From an uncultured Verrucomicrobiota bacterium (GTDB lineage: Bacteria; Verrucomicrobiota; Kiritimatiellia; CAIQIC01; Lenti-01): a DNA stretch of 64,000 nucleotides. The stretch's first letter is position 1; every line of letters begins with the position of its first letter. A model generated the notes under the pieces. It worked only from the letters and a program-made list of their open reading frames with translations, searched no databases and was not told where the DNA came from. The translations under genes and the position numbers were made by a program. The stretch spans positions 929 through 64,928 of the forward strand of contig CAZGMQ010000009.1 of the NCBI GenBank assembly GCA_964526745.1, in the 5' to 3' direction. Shown in pieces: positions 51,505 to 60,898 of this stretch.

Positions 51505-51540
51505 TAAAAAAGGCCGCCGGCGAGTGCCGGCGGCGTGTAT
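51505..51540 (-). terminator. Rho-independent terminator (minus strand) after the 51556-52515 gene.
   Basis: On the minus strand: GCCGCCGGCACUCGCCGGCGGC hairpin followed by CUUUUUUAU. Confidence 0.6.
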
Positions 51541-51555
51541 TAGCGGTTGTTTGAA

Positions 51556-52515
51556 CTATCTTGCTGTGTGTAGAACCTTAAGAGAAACCATAAAGGGCTT
51601 CTTTCGATTGGCTGATGGATCAAATCGATCCGTGATATCCACATCGCCGCGCAGGTATGTTTTGCCGGCCAGAGCATCTGGAGAGATTGACGGATCCAGT
51701 ACCATCTTGATTCGATTCTGCGCATTCGCAAGGATTACGCTCCAGCCCTTGCTGCCGTCATCATAGTCGGCTGCCCGGATATCCATCGCCTGATTGTCGA
51801 CGGAGCGAACGGTTTCCTGCCTGTCCACTGGCGGCATATCAAGAGGAACTTCTGATATGGATTCTTTGGGGATTGTGGCAGATTCACCACCCGTCATGCC
51901 AATTTGGATATTGTCGCCACCTGAACGCTGAGCAGGATGAAGCAGCTTGACCGTGTCCTCTGCCATTCTACGTTCATCAAACCGAGCGGCCTCAATGATG
52001 CTGACTACATCCCCGGCTTTGATTGCTGCAGAATCTCCGATGTTGATGATCGTATTATTGTTAAAACCCATCGGAGCACTTTTGGCGGTAAACTGATCTC
52101 GAAGACAGCCTCCGAAATAGCCGCTGCCCACAATGATTCCTCCAATCACAACCCATGGAACAATAGGATGAATATCCGCAAGCGATTTCACATGGAGCCT
52201 CTTTCTAATCTCCGCAATATTTCTGTCCATGGCCTTTTTGGATCCAAAAAACAGTTTGACCAGGATGTCTTCCGTAAATGGGCTTTGGTGGGTGATTTCA
52301 TTGAGAACCGGAACTGCGTATGCTTTTCTCATACCCGTTGAAAGCGAGTCAAGGACAATTGGAACTCTGTTAATAAAGCGCTCCAAGGCAACAAGCGAAT
52401 CCGCTGCATCTTGTAAAGAGAGCAGCGGAACATCATATCGGATTGAAATTGGCCACTCCGTTGCAATCACGCCACGACCACCGGACAGAAGGGCTTTTCT
52501 TGTCGATTTTCTCAT
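51556..52515 (-). CDS. Hypothetical single-TM protein.
   Basis: ORF track; TM segment IHPIVPWVVIGGIIVGSGYFGG. Confidence 0.4.
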   Translation of the reverse strand: MRKSTRKALLSGGRGVIATEWPISIRYDVPLLSLQDAADSLVALERFINRVPIVLDSLSTGMRKAYAVPVLNEITHQSPFTEDILVKLFFGSKKAMDRNIAEIRKRLHVKSLADIHPIVPWVVIGGIIVGSGYFGGCLRDQFTAKSAPMGFNNNTIINIGDSAAIKAGDVVSIIEAARFDERRMAEDTVKLLHPAQRSGGDNIQIGMTGGESATIPKESISEVPLDMPPVDRQETVRSVDNQAMDIRAADYDDGSKGWSVILANAQNRIKMVLDPSISPDALAGKTYLRGDVDITDRFDPSANRKKPFMVSLKVLHTAR

Positions 52516-52691
52516 CTATTTCCTTTCGCTAATCTACTGGCCATCGCTCTATACTCCGGCACTGCTGGCCTTTTGGCCGGGTGGGTCCTTCCATCCCGCT
52601 ATTCAACCTTCGACGTTGAAGATGCCATTGCAATAGGGGCAGATGTTTTCGCCGCTGTGGAGAATGGTTCTCCTGATAGGTTTCGATTCCG

Positions 52692-53345
52692 TTATCGGTG
52701 CCATGTGACCGGATAGGCCTTCTCTTTGCCATTAACGATTACAAACACTTCCGGATATTCTTCATCTCCTGAAATTTCTTCCTTTTCTTTTCTCCCGCCA
52801 GAAGCGAGGTAAATTTCCTTTTGGAAATCCCCGAATCGAACAATGGCGCGCAAATTTGATGCGGTTTTGTTTTTGATGCTAAATGAAATTCTATATACTC
52901 CGCCGGCAACCCGCCGAAGGTTCGAAAACCCCTGGCCTGTGATGCTGGAGTCGGTGAGGTATGCGCTAACCCCACTGATATTCTTCACGGACCTGTCTTT
53001 TACGCCGAGGATGTTAAATACATAAACCGGGAATTCCTGTTTGGATTGTGCCGCCCGTCGGGACGAAATAGATTTATTGTACCGCGATCGCGCCTGTTGC
53101 ACAGAGGCCCGATATTGGGTTGCTTTTGCAGGATCGTATCCGAAACGTTGTTGCATATCCGATGGGAGTTCCTGGAAAAATAGTTTGGCTATGCCGCCAG
53201 AGTGCATGACGGTTATTCCGTCTGGCTCTGCCCTGGTTATTTTAACGTTTTTGTAAACCGTGCCGAGCATGTTGGTTATATTGTCGGCCATCGCCAATGA
53301 CAGGCAAATGACGATAGCGAATATGGTGCAAAGCATGAGTTTCAT
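52692..53345 (-). CDS. Secreted hypothetical protein.
   Basis: Signal peptide MKLMLCTIFAIVICLSLAMA. Confidence 0.45.
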   Translation of the reverse strand: MKLMLCTIFAIVICLSLAMADNITNMLGTVYKNVKITRAEPDGITVMHSGGIAKLFFQELPSDMQQRFGYDPAKATQYRASVQQARSRYNKSISSRRAAQSKQEFPVYVFNILGVKDRSVKNISGVSAYLTDSSITGQGFSNLRRVAGGVYRISFSIKNKTASNLRAIVRFGDFQKEIYLASGGRKEKEEISGDEEYPEVFVIVNGKEKAYPVTWHR

Positions 53346-53384
53346 TGTGTTTCTCCTTTTATCAAAAAGTTCCTATCAGGTCCC

Positions 53385-53726
53385 CTATTTCCTCAGTTTC
53401 TTCTCCACCGCAGCCACGCGCAACAGGATTTCATCCAGCTTGGCCATTATGGCGCTGGCACCAGGCAAATAGTCCGCCGGATACTCGCGGGTGACCAGCG
53501 GAGGCGTGTCGATTAACTGTTGAACCTTGGGCTTCTCGGGCGGTGCAATCCCGGATTCTCTCTCAGCTTCATCAATTTTAATGAGCATACGGCGGCTAGG
53601 AGATGTCTTGCCAGACTTCCATTGGGACATAGCTGGCGTAGAACAGCCGAGCCGTGTCGCTGTCTTTTGCCAAGTCCAGCCATTGGTATCCATTAACCGG
53701 ACGATTCTGTCCCATGAAAAGGCCAT
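53385..53726 (-). CDS. Phage repressor-like HTH (XRE-type) DNA-binding protein.
   Basis: HTH WTWQKTATRLGCSTPAMSQWKSG. Transcribed divergently from the Ner-like gene. Confidence 0.6.
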   Translation of the reverse strand: MAFSWDRIVRLMDTNGWTWQKTATRLGCSTPAMSQWKSGKTSPSRRMLIKIDEAERESGIAPPEKPKVQQLIDTPPLVTREYPADYLPGASAIMAKLDEILLRVAAVEKKLRK

Positions 53727-53786
53727 GTAAGTATATGTAAGTTTTCCTTGACTGTTTTCTTATACGTTCTTATATTGCCTTACATG
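53724..53786. promoter_or_regulatory. Divergent promoter/operator region between the repressor and the Ner-like gene.
   Basis: Inverted repeat CATGTAAG (53724-31) ... CTTACATG (53779-86); each arm overlaps one of the two start codons. Direct repeat ATGTAAG at 53735. TTGACT (-35) at 53748 and TATATT (-10) at 53771. Confidence 0.55.
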
Positions 53787-54002
53787 ATGCGGCAACCTAT
53801 AGAGAAAAACAAGGGCAAACGCCCATTCGTCATAAGCGGCATCTGCGCGGCTGCTGTCGAACTCGGAGTAACACGTACACACCTTTACCGCGTCCTTCAG
53901 GGAGAGCGGAAAAGCCCGAGAATTGAATCCAGTGAGTTTTATAGGCAGTCCATGGCCGCAAAGCGCCAGTTTGAAAACCAACCGAAAGGGCACGAACAAT
54001 GA
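53784..54002 (+). CDS. Ner-like small HTH DNA-binding protein.
   Basis: HTH AAAVELGVTRTHLYRVLQGERKS. The ORF-track start at 53748 is the TTG of the -35 hexamer; the true start is probably the ATG at 53784. Confidence 0.55.
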   Translation: MMRQPIEKNKGKRPFVISGICAAAVELGVTRTHLYRVLQGERKSPRIESSEFYRQSMAAKRQFENQPKGHEQ

Positions 54003-54892
54003 GTCGAAAATACAAGATCATCGGGTTCGAGTGGATTGAAAAGACCAGCCTGAAGCCGCATCCGGATGCGCAGTTGCCGATGGCGCCGACGGACCAGGCA
54101 TTCCTGAAGAACAGCATCCAGAGCGGAGGTCTGATCCAGCCGCTGCTGGTGCTGGAGAAGGCCGACAAGCTGGATGGGATGTTTCAGGTGGTGGATGGCT
54201 GCAACCGATTCGACAGCGATCCAATCGACGGAAAATTCCCCTGCGTCCTGATCCAGTGCGACAATGTGCGCGAAGTGGCCCTGGAATGCCTTGGCACCGG
54301 TCGCCAGCGGTCGGCCGGGAACCGGATTCTGTCCTACATGGAATTGCATCGGGCAGAGGTGGTCAAGGCGGCTGAATTTGGGGCGATTGCGGCGGCCGGA
54401 AATTCGTTTGGGGTGTCACGTGACACCCCAAAAATACAGGGGAATTTGTCCAATTTTACCTCCGAAGCTATCGCAGCGACCCTTTCAGTCAGCAAAAAAG
54501 ACGTTCTCCTTGCCATCGATTTGCTGATGTGTTTGGAGCGGAAATGCACGGCGCCGGTGAAGGCCGGGGCGCTGATGACACCACCGCGGAAACTGGACCT
54601 GAAAAAGAAGGAAGACCAGGTCTATTTCGAGCTGCTGAAGCAGACACATGCGGGCGTGATGGGCGGGGGCTCGCCAATCCGTCGCTGGAAGGCCGGCCTG
54701 GCGGGCAAGCATTCGCAGGCCGAAGGGCGGACGGCCATCGATTACGCGATGCTGTTCAAGGAAGGGCTGCACCATCTGCGGTCGGCAGCGAAGCACTGGG
54801 AGGACATCACGTTCGAGGACCGCGCAACGCTGGTGGAACTGGCATCGCAAGTCGGCGTGCTGCTGCCGTCTGACATCAAGCGGGTGCTGTGA
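53999..54892 (+). CDS. ParB-like nuclease-domain protein.
   Basis: N-terminal ParB/Srx fold pattern (PLLVLEKADKLDGMFQVVDGCNRF); high GC3. Confidence 0.55.
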   Translation: MSRKYKIIGFEWIEKTSLKPHPDAQLPMAPTDQAFLKNSIQSGGLIQPLLVLEKADKLDGMFQVVDGCNRFDSDPIDGKFPCVLIQCDNVREVALECLGTGRQRSAGNRILSYMELHRAEVVKAAEFGAIAAAGNSFGVSRDTPKIQGNLSNFTSEAIAATLSVSKKDVLLAIDLLMCLERKCTAPVKAGALMTPPRKLDLKKKEDQVYFELLKQTHAGVMGGGSPIRRWKAGLAGKHSQAEGRTAIDYAMLFKEGLHHLRSAAKHWEDITFEDRATLVELASQVGVLLPSDIKRVL

Positions 54893-55428
54893 TGAAGCGG
54901 GCAACCAAGGTTATTTCTTCCAGAGGAAAGGGAAAAGAGGAATTGGCTTCCACCCGCGCGGATAGGGCTCTCCAAACGGCCAGCGGACCAAAGCGCGGCC
55001 AATTTCCCAATAAGCCAAACAGGCGCGGCCAATCTCTTCGGAAAGGCCCGTCAGCGAATCTGGTTTCGGCTGAAGGCTCGAAAAAGCCTCGTGTACGGGC
55101 TTTGCGGAAGTCAAAAGCTGAAGGGCAAGGAAGCGAATACGAAACACTTTGCTTGGCGGCCAAATCTGTTGCCAGCGGTCTCTCATTTCTTGAGTTCCTG
55201 CGATGTAGTCAAGGGCGGCATCCATGTGTTTCTCGGACCATTCGCACCAGGAAGGAAGCCCAATTCTTTGCAGGATTAGTCGAAGACGCTTTATATCTTC
55301 TTCCCGAAACGTGCGGCGCAGTTCTGCTTCGGATCGCTCGGCAAATGAAGACGGAATTTCGGGGATTGAAGTTACCACGGGACAAAATCTATCAAACCGC
55401 GCGGCGCGGTGGAAGCCGAAAGGGTTAA
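54889..55428 (+). CDS. Highly basic hypothetical protein (uncertain; low GC3).
   Basis: ATGA overlap with the ParB-like stop; its stop lies 2 nt before the downstream ATG after an AAGGG Shine-Dalgarno. GC3 is about 50%, against about 75% in the neighbouring genes. An alternative antisense ORF exists at 54911-55483. Confidence 0.35.
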   Translation: MMKRATKVISSRGKGKEELASTRADRALQTASGPKRGQFPNKPNRRGQSLRKGPSANLVSAEGSKKPRVRALRKSKAEGQGSEYETLCLAAKSVASGLSFLEFLRCSQGRHPCVSRTIRTRKEAQFFAGLVEDALYLLPETCGAVLLRIARQMKTEFRGLKLPRDKIYQTARRGGSRKG

Positions 55429-55430
55429 GA

Positions 55431-57302
55431 ATGTCCACCCGCCCGTACAACGACCGCGAACAGGCCCGGATTGCCGTATGCAAGAAGGCGCAGGCGCTGA
55501 TTGCCGACGGGGCGACAATGAAACGGGCGGCAAAGGCGGCGGGAACCTCCCAGGGCTCGCTGGAGCGGTGGATGCGGGCATGGCGTAGTGAAGGGCCGGA
55601 CGGCCTGCGGGACGACTACGGTGCGGTGGGGCGGCCGGCGGTGGCGGATTGCCTGGACCAAACATCCATCGATTTCATCCGTCGCAAAGCGGCGAAGTGC
55701 GGCAGCATGGCGCTAACCTATCAGTTCTTCGTTGACGATCCGGCCTGTCCCCAGGAACTCCGGGATTATCTGATTCCCAGGCTAACCAGTGGCAAACCCC
55801 TTTCCCTTCCTCTTTCCCTGCGCCGCGCGGCGAATGTGATTCCCGATCTGGCCGCGCGGCATCGAAGCGATGTCGCCTTCGGGCACATCGGCTTCAAGAC
55901 ACGTCACAGCGATATGGTGATTGATCCGCGCACGGGCCAGGAGCGCCGTCTGATGGCCGGCGACATTTACCTTTCTGACGATATGTCCACCAATCATCCC
56001 TTCTGGTTCGAGCTGCCCGATGGCGAGATCAAGACGCGGGCCGATCGGGGGAGCAAGCTTGCGGAGCGCTTTGGCGTGGCCGTGGGCCGCCAAGGTCTCT
56101 ATACCATTGATGCTCGCGGCAAGTGGCTCGGGTGCGAACTGATCGCCCGCCCGACGGATGCCTATACCTCCGCGGATGTCCTGCGGCACTTCCGCCGGAT
56201 CCTGGCGGAGTTCGGCTTGCCGCGCATTGCCTGGATCCTCGAAAAGGGCGTCTGGATGGCCCGGACGGTCGATGGCCGCATGAAGGTGCTCATTGACGAC
56301 GATGCTCGTGAAGAGACCGTCGCCGGTCTTTCCACGCTTGGATTCAGCGTCAATCATGTCCACACCTCCGAGGGCAAGGCCCTGATTGAGGGGGCGTTCC
56401 ACCACTTCCAGGATATCTGCGACCTGATGGAGCTTCCGAACGTGGGCCGCAAGCGTGGCGAGATGGAGCGGGTTGAAAAGGTGATGACCCGCATCCGCAG
56501 CGGCGTGATCCATCCGCGCGATGCCGGGATCCCGCATGTCACCGCCCAGGTCCTGAATCTGAACAAGGCCCAGGTGTTCTTCAATGGCAAGCACAAGAAT
56601 GGCCGCATCCAGCACGGCGTTCCCGACGAGGTCTGGCTGCGCGACACCACCACTCATCCGCTCCGAAAACTTGAACCTGGCCACATGGGAGTCTTCATGC
56701 CCGCAAAATACGCAACGATGATTCGCCAGGGGCATGCTGACAAGACACTGGAGGGAACGACCTATCGCTTCCACAACGAGGTGTTCGGACGGCTGGGCGC
56801 GGGATACCGCCTCGCAATAGCATTCGATCCAGGCGAACCGCAGGCCGGCGCCGAGGTCTACAATCTGGAGACCGGCAGCCGGAACATCGACCGCCATTCC
56901 CCCAACGCGTGGATCTGCCACGCGGAACTGGAGATCGACTCGCCACTATATGGCTACTCGCCGGAAGTGGCCGAGGCCACCCGCCGGAAGAAGAAGCACA
57001 CCCGCGCCTTCCAGAGCGCGTATGCGGGCACCGGCCTCTTCGGCAAGGGCGCGGGCCGAGCCATCGAGCGGCGCGAGGCCGACGGCCGCCTGATCCGCAT
57101 GGAAACCAATATCGGGGATGCTGGAGGAACGGATCGACCCGGTTCGTGTCGTGCCCTACCGGTCGGAACAGAATCCAGCATCCCCACCAATCGAACGGTC
57201 CGCAGGAAAGAACTCACAGCTAAGCAAGTCATCAATGCAGAGGCCAAGGCCGATGCCCTGGAGGCTCGCCTGCGAGATCGAGGAATGTTGCTGCCGCAAT
57301 GA
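55431..57302 (+). CDS. Mu A-like protein (putative transposase) with an N-terminal HTH. The DDE core is not confidently recognised.
   Basis: 623 aa. N-terminal HTH (GATMKRAAKAAGTSQGSLERWMRAW). Lies upstream of a MuB-like ATPase. The ORF-track start at 55224 is an out-of-character extension. Confidence 0.5.
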   Translation: MSTRPYNDREQARIAVCKKAQALIADGATMKRAAKAAGTSQGSLERWMRAWRSEGPDGLRDDYGAVGRPAVADCLDQTSIDFIRRKAAKCGSMALTYQFFVDDPACPQELRDYLIPRLTSGKPLSLPLSLRRAANVIPDLAARHRSDVAFGHIGFKTRHSDMVIDPRTGQERRLMAGDIYLSDDMSTNHPFWFELPDGEIKTRADRGSKLAERFGVAVGRQGLYTIDARGKWLGCELIARPTDAYTSADVLRHFRRILAEFGLPRIAWILEKGVWMARTVDGRMKVLIDDDAREETVAGLSTLGFSVNHVHTSEGKALIEGAFHHFQDICDLMELPNVGRKRGEMERVEKVMTRIRSGVIHPRDAGIPHVTAQVLNLNKAQVFFNGKHKNGRIQHGVPDEVWLRDTTTHPLRKLEPGHMGVFMPAKYATMIRQGHADKTLEGTTYRFHNEVFGRLGAGYRLAIAFDPGEPQAGAEVYNLETGSRNIDRHSPNAWICHAELEIDSPLYGYSPEVAEATRRKKKHTRAFQSAYAGTGLFGKGAGRAIERREADGRLIRMETNIGDAGGTDRPGSCRALPVGTESSIPTNRTVRRKELTAKQVINAEAKADALEARLRDRGMLLPQ

Positions 57303-57334
57303 CGCGGCAGCCAAATAAATAGGAGAGCACCGGC

Positions 57335-58330
57335 ATGGCAACGCTCAAAAATAAAGACAAGAAAAAGACCCCAGCGGAAGAGCTGGTGGCACTCGCCCAG
57401 GTCATTCGCGAATGGCAGATAGGCAAAGGGTATTCCATCGCAGCGCTGCTGCGGAAATACGCAGGCCTCGGCTCCGACCGGACCTATAACCGGCTCGTGA
57501 CCGGCGATACGTCCGACCTGAATGTCGAGAAACAGCTGCTAAACTATCAGACCGTCTGGTCACTCATTGAAGCCGTCGGCGACAAAGATCGCGATCGGGA
57601 AGAGTTCTATGATGATTTCTCCTCTGCCGTTCAGTTGCGCCGGGCCGCCATGGAAGTTTTTGTTGAAACTGGGATCAACCGGTTTCTCCTGGTCCAGGGC
57701 GACACCGGATCCGGCAAAACCACCGCTGCCCTGCTGCTCCAGAAGCGCTATGGCGCCCATCGTGTGCGGAGGATTGAGCTCTCGCCGTGGCTGAATGACA
57801 GCCCGCTGGCCTTTCTGGTTATGATTATTGAAGCCTTCGGCCAGGAAGCCCCTCACGGCAGTCAACAATGCTGGAAAAAGGCTGTTGAACTGCTTGGCGC
57901 CGGCCGCTGCTGCCTTGTCTTTGATGAGCTGCACCACGCCGGACCACGGGTCCTCAACACCATCAAGAGCCTGATCAACGCCACACCAGGCGAATTCATC
58001 GGCCTCACGATGAAAACCCTGTGGTATCGCCTCGAAAAGAAGAGTTATGAAGAAGTCCGGCAGCTGACCGGCAACCGCCTCGCCGAGCGGATCCAGCTCG
58101 ATCGGATGAATCAATCCGACCTGGTCAAGTATTTGAGCCGGCGCCTTCCGAAGCTGGAAAAGGGAGCCGACTTCGGCGCCGCCACCATGCTCGCGGAAAA
58201 CTCCAGAGGCAAAGGAAACATGGCCTTTGCTCGAGCCGTCTGCCGCGCCGCTGTCGAGCGATACGAAGACAAACCCATCACCATTCAGGATTTCGCGGCC
58301 GTCGTGGCCTCGGAACGCCAGCGCAGATAG
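57335..58330 (+). CDS. MuB-like AAA+ ATPase (transposition helper).
   Basis: N-terminal HTH-like segment, Walker A GDTGSGKTT, Walker B CLVFDELHH. C-terminal AENSRGKGNMAFARAVCRAA resembles the MuB C-terminal region. Confidence 0.6.
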   Translation: MATLKNKDKKKTPAEELVALAQVIREWQIGKGYSIAALLRKYAGLGSDRTYNRLVTGDTSDLNVEKQLLNYQTVWSLIEAVGDKDRDREEFYDDFSSAVQLRRAAMEVFVETGINRFLLVQGDTGSGKTTAALLLQKRYGAHRVRRIELSPWLNDSPLAFLVMIIEAFGQEAPHGSQQCWKKAVELLGAGRCCLVFDELHHAGPRVLNTIKSLINATPGEFIGLTMKTLWYRLEKKSYEEVRQLTGNRLAERIQLDRMNQSDLVKYLSRRLPKLEKGADFGAATMLAENSRGKGNMAFARAVCRAAVERYEDKPITIQDFAAVVASERQRR

Positions 58331-58341
58331 AGGAAAACATC

Positions 58342-58968
58342 ATGGCAAAGAAAATATATATCGATCCCGAAGGCAGAGCGATTCCCCCCAAATACGTGTC
58401 GCCCTATGACAAGGCCCGCGACCGCATTGCGCGCCAGATCCACGCGGACTGGGAGAAAGAGGAAGATCGCCTGCGCAAATTGAAGGCCCGGACCCAAGCC
58501 AGGATTCAAGCGCTGCGGGAGCTGGCGGCAAACGACAGCGACGTCAAGCTCGGCGGATCCGCCGGTTATCTCCAGTTCCGGAGCTTCGATGGCAAGACCA
58601 TCATCCGCCTGGAGAACGTCAAACAGTACGAATTCGACGAAAAGATGGAGATGGCCCTGCAGCTGATCAACGAGGCCATCGACGATATGTCCGGCAAGGC
58701 CAAGCGGTCCAGGAGCGTCAATGTGGCCCAGCTGCGGAAGATTGCAACGGCCGCCTTCCAGCCGCGCGGGAAGAACGGGAAGCTCGATCGTCAGCGCGTG
58801 CTCGATATTACCCGCCTCGACATCGACCACCCCAAGTGGCGCCGCGCCTGCGAGCTGATCCGCGAAGCCGAGCGCGTCACCGGCCATCGGCAATACATCC
58901 GCGTGGCCACCATGGAAGGACTGCCCCCGAAGCAGCTTCCCATCATTCTCGACATCTCGAAAGTTTAG
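58342..58968 (+). CDS. DUF3164-like Mu-type early protein.
   Basis: 208 aa in the position and size typical of DUF3164 in Mu-like early regions. Confidence 0.4.
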   Translation: MAKKIYIDPEGRAIPPKYVSPYDKARDRIARQIHADWEKEEDRLRKLKARTQARIQALRELAANDSDVKLGGSAGYLQFRSFDGKTIIRLENVKQYEFDEKMEMALQLINEAIDDMSGKAKRSRSVNVAQLRKIATAAFQPRGKNGKLDRQRVLDITRLDIDHPKWRRACELIREAERVTGHRQYIRVATMEGLPPKQLPIILDISKV

Positions 58969-58982
58969 GAAAGGAGCCAGGC

Positions 58983-59210
58983 ATGGAAGTCAAAGAAGTC
59001 ACACTGAACGGGAAGACATACCGCGGACCGCAGCTGAATTCGGCCAAGGGCCGTCCATACAAAATCAACGTGTATAGGGAAAGCTCCAGAATTGGAACCA
59101 GTGGAGGTCCGGTCGGGATGTCGTGGCAGACGTGGATGACCTACACCTCCGCCCCGGCCGCCGTGGCGGCCATGGAAGAACTCATTGAGCAGGCAGAAAG
59201 GGAAGGATAA
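58983..59210 (+). CDS. Small hypothetical protein.
   Basis: ATG after an AAGGAG Shine-Dalgarno; 75 aa. Confidence 0.4.
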   Translation: MEVKEVTLNGKTYRGPQLNSAKGRPYKINVYRESSRIGTSGGPVGMSWQTWMTYTSAPAAVAAMEELIEQAEREG

Positions 59211-59463
59211 CGGCATGGAAACAGCAGCAAGAACGATTGAAGCGCCTCGAATTGAACTGCGGAAGAAGCGGATGCCGCGGACGCGGGCGGACTTCCGCCT
59301 GGCCGCGATCTGGCTGGCCCAGCACGCCGCCAAGGCCGGCAACGCCCTGTCGGCCTGCCTGGCCGGCCCCTGCGCCGACGACGAAGACAACGGAATCTGC
59401 CTGGGCTATCGCGATGGTCGCGACCAGCCCTGGCCGAAAAAGAAAGAAGAGGAACGGGCATGA
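59185..59463 (+). CDS. Small hypothetical protein.
   Basis: ORF track (TTG start; an internal ATG near 59215 is preferable). Confidence 0.3.
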   Translation: MSRQKGKDNGMETAARTIEAPRIELRKKRMPRTRADFRLAAIWLAQHAAKAGNALSACLAGPCADDEDNGICLGYRDGRDQPWPKKKEEERA

Positions 59464-59654
59464 TTATGATTATTGCAGCGATCGCGATTCTGGTGTGGGC
59501 AGGCATCTGCCGAAACATCCACCTCGATCTTGTCACCGAGATCAACAAGCGGACGGGAGATCTGTTGATTCCCCGTTCATTCACCATGCGTTTCTTCACC
59601 TGGGGCTGCGCGGGGATCCTCGCTGTGGCCCTGGCGTCCATCGCGCGGCTCTAG
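59460..59654 (+). CDS. Small two-TM membrane protein.
   Basis: ATGA overlap with the upstream gene; hydrophobic MIMIIAAIAILVWAG. Confidence 0.4.
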   Translation: MIMIIAAIAILVWAGICRNIHLDLVTEINKRTGDLLIPRSFTMRFFTWGCAGILAVALASIARL

Positions 59655-59839
59655 GAGAACACCATGGGCGATGGAACATACAAACGGACGCGACGGGACA
59701 ATCGGAAGACAGTCTATCGCCCCGGCAAGCTAGGGAAAGGGCTGATCGTGCAGGCGGACAAAACCGTCTATCGCAAGATGCCGAACGGGTCTCTTGTCCG
59801 CATGGGCAAGCTGGAAGAGCGCACCGGAGAAGTGATGTA

Positions 59840-60388
59840 ATGAGCGACACCCGTCAACAGAAAGCCATGGCCGGCGCCGCTTGCGCCCCCCTCAGCCGGA
59901 TCCAGAAGCGGAACATCTGCATGCTGGCTGCCGAGGCGTGGGAGCGCGCCGGCCGTCCCTTCTTCGATCCGAACATGGATCCGGCCTTTGCCCTGTGCAA
60001 AACCTCAGCCCTCGAGCTGTGGCGGCATGAGCAGCAGGAACGCCTGACCGGCCGCAAGCATCTGACCCGCTGCGGACAGGCCGACTATCTTCTGTTGAAG
60101 TCCCACTTTGAACGCCTTGCCGGCAAGGCCCGCCAGGCAGAGGCAGACGAACGGCGCATGCCCGGCGATGACAACCGCCAGGCTCAAGCCGTGCTGCGCC
60201 GGGAGATATCGGTGGCACGCCGGCAGATCGCGGATCCGCGACGCTATGCTGCGACTATTGCCCAGGCCAAATACAAAACCGGCCTCGACAACCTCTCTTC
60301 GAAACAGACATGGACCATCATTTTTGACCTGCGCCGCGCGGCGTCGGGTCGCAAGAAAAAAGCCAATCAACCCAACACCCCATTTTGA
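59840..60388 (+). CDS. Hypothetical early protein.
   Basis: ATG at 59840 overlaps the upstream stop (TAATGA); it is the C-terminal part of ORF-track 59237-60388. Confidence 0.35.
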   Translation: MSDTRQQKAMAGAACAPLSRIQKRNICMLAAEAWERAGRPFFDPNMDPAFALCKTSALELWRHEQQERLTGRKHLTRCGQADYLLLKSHFERLAGKARQAEADERRMPGDDNRQAQAVLRREISVARRQIADPRRYAATIAQAKYKTGLDNLSSKQTWTIIFDLRRAASGRKKKANQPNTPF

Positions 60389-60401
60389 GAGGAGACCAGG
60401 C

Positions 60402-60623
60402 ATGGAACTCAAATTGAATAATGGATCGACAATTCGCCCCGCTGAAGGGGATGTAATCTGCCACCGCGGCAGCAGCATCACCGCCCAGCTTCTAGCCCGC
60501 AGTTGCGCCGGTAAGCCGCTAGACGGCTCCCGCGCCCATGGACAGGCACAATTCCCTCTCTCCAGTTCGCGGGCCTTCGCGGGGGGTATAAAGCGCTATT
60601 TAATCGGACGGGGGACAAAATGA
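60402..60623 (+). CDS. Small hypothetical protein.
   Basis: ATG after a GAGGAGACC Shine-Dalgarno. Confidence 0.35.
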   Translation: MELKLNNGSTIRPAEGDVICHRGSSITAQLLARSCAGKPLDGSRAHGQAQFPLSSSRAFAGGIKRYLIGRGTK

Positions 60624-60898
60624 GCCAGCCCAAACGAATCGTTGCCATTCTCTTCGAAGAAAACGCAGACGAACGCGGCAACATCACCCTCAAAAAGTTG
60701 ACGACTGCTCAATGGGTCACCGTCGCCTATATTGCCAATGCCATGACCGTCTCCGAGCAGACCATGTATCGCCTGATTGTGGATGGCCAGGTCATGCCCT
60801 ACCACCGCGTCGGCATCCAGATCCGCGTGGATGTCGCTGATTTCTATGAATACTACAAGAAATGCGAGCACGTTGAATACGAAAGGCCAGGTGCGTGA
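60620..60898 (+). CDS. HTH DNA-binding protein (excisionase/Mor-like).
   Basis: VAYIANAMTVSEQTMYRLIVDGQVMPYHRVG helix-turn-helix. Confidence 0.45.
   Translation: MSQPKRIVAILFEENADERGNITLKKLTTAQWVTVAYIANAMTVSEQTMYRLIVDGQVMPYHRVGIQIRVDVADFYEYYKKCEHVEYERPGA

Noticed and set aside
49969-52515. Gasdermin-caspase antiphage system.
   Set aside because: The caspase-like gene has no adjacent gasdermin-like ORF. The nearby 319-aa protein has an internal TM helix and no gasdermin-like N-terminus. It was kept only as an unusual lysis-cassette component.
52602-52703. 33-aa minus-strand peptide (MAPITESKPIRRTILHSGENICPYCNGIFNVEG) as a Com-like zinc-finger regulator.
   Set aside because: Only three potential metal ligands (H, C, C) and no support beyond position; too short to call.
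55782-56921. 379-aa minus-strand ORF.
   Set aside because: Antisense to the A-like gene, which is co-punctuated with its neighbours.
55431-57302. Confident DDE transposase (MuA) call for the 623-aa protein.
   Set aside because: I could not locate a convincing D-D-E triad by eye. It is called A-like only from its N-terminal HTH, its size, and its position before a MuB-like ATPase.
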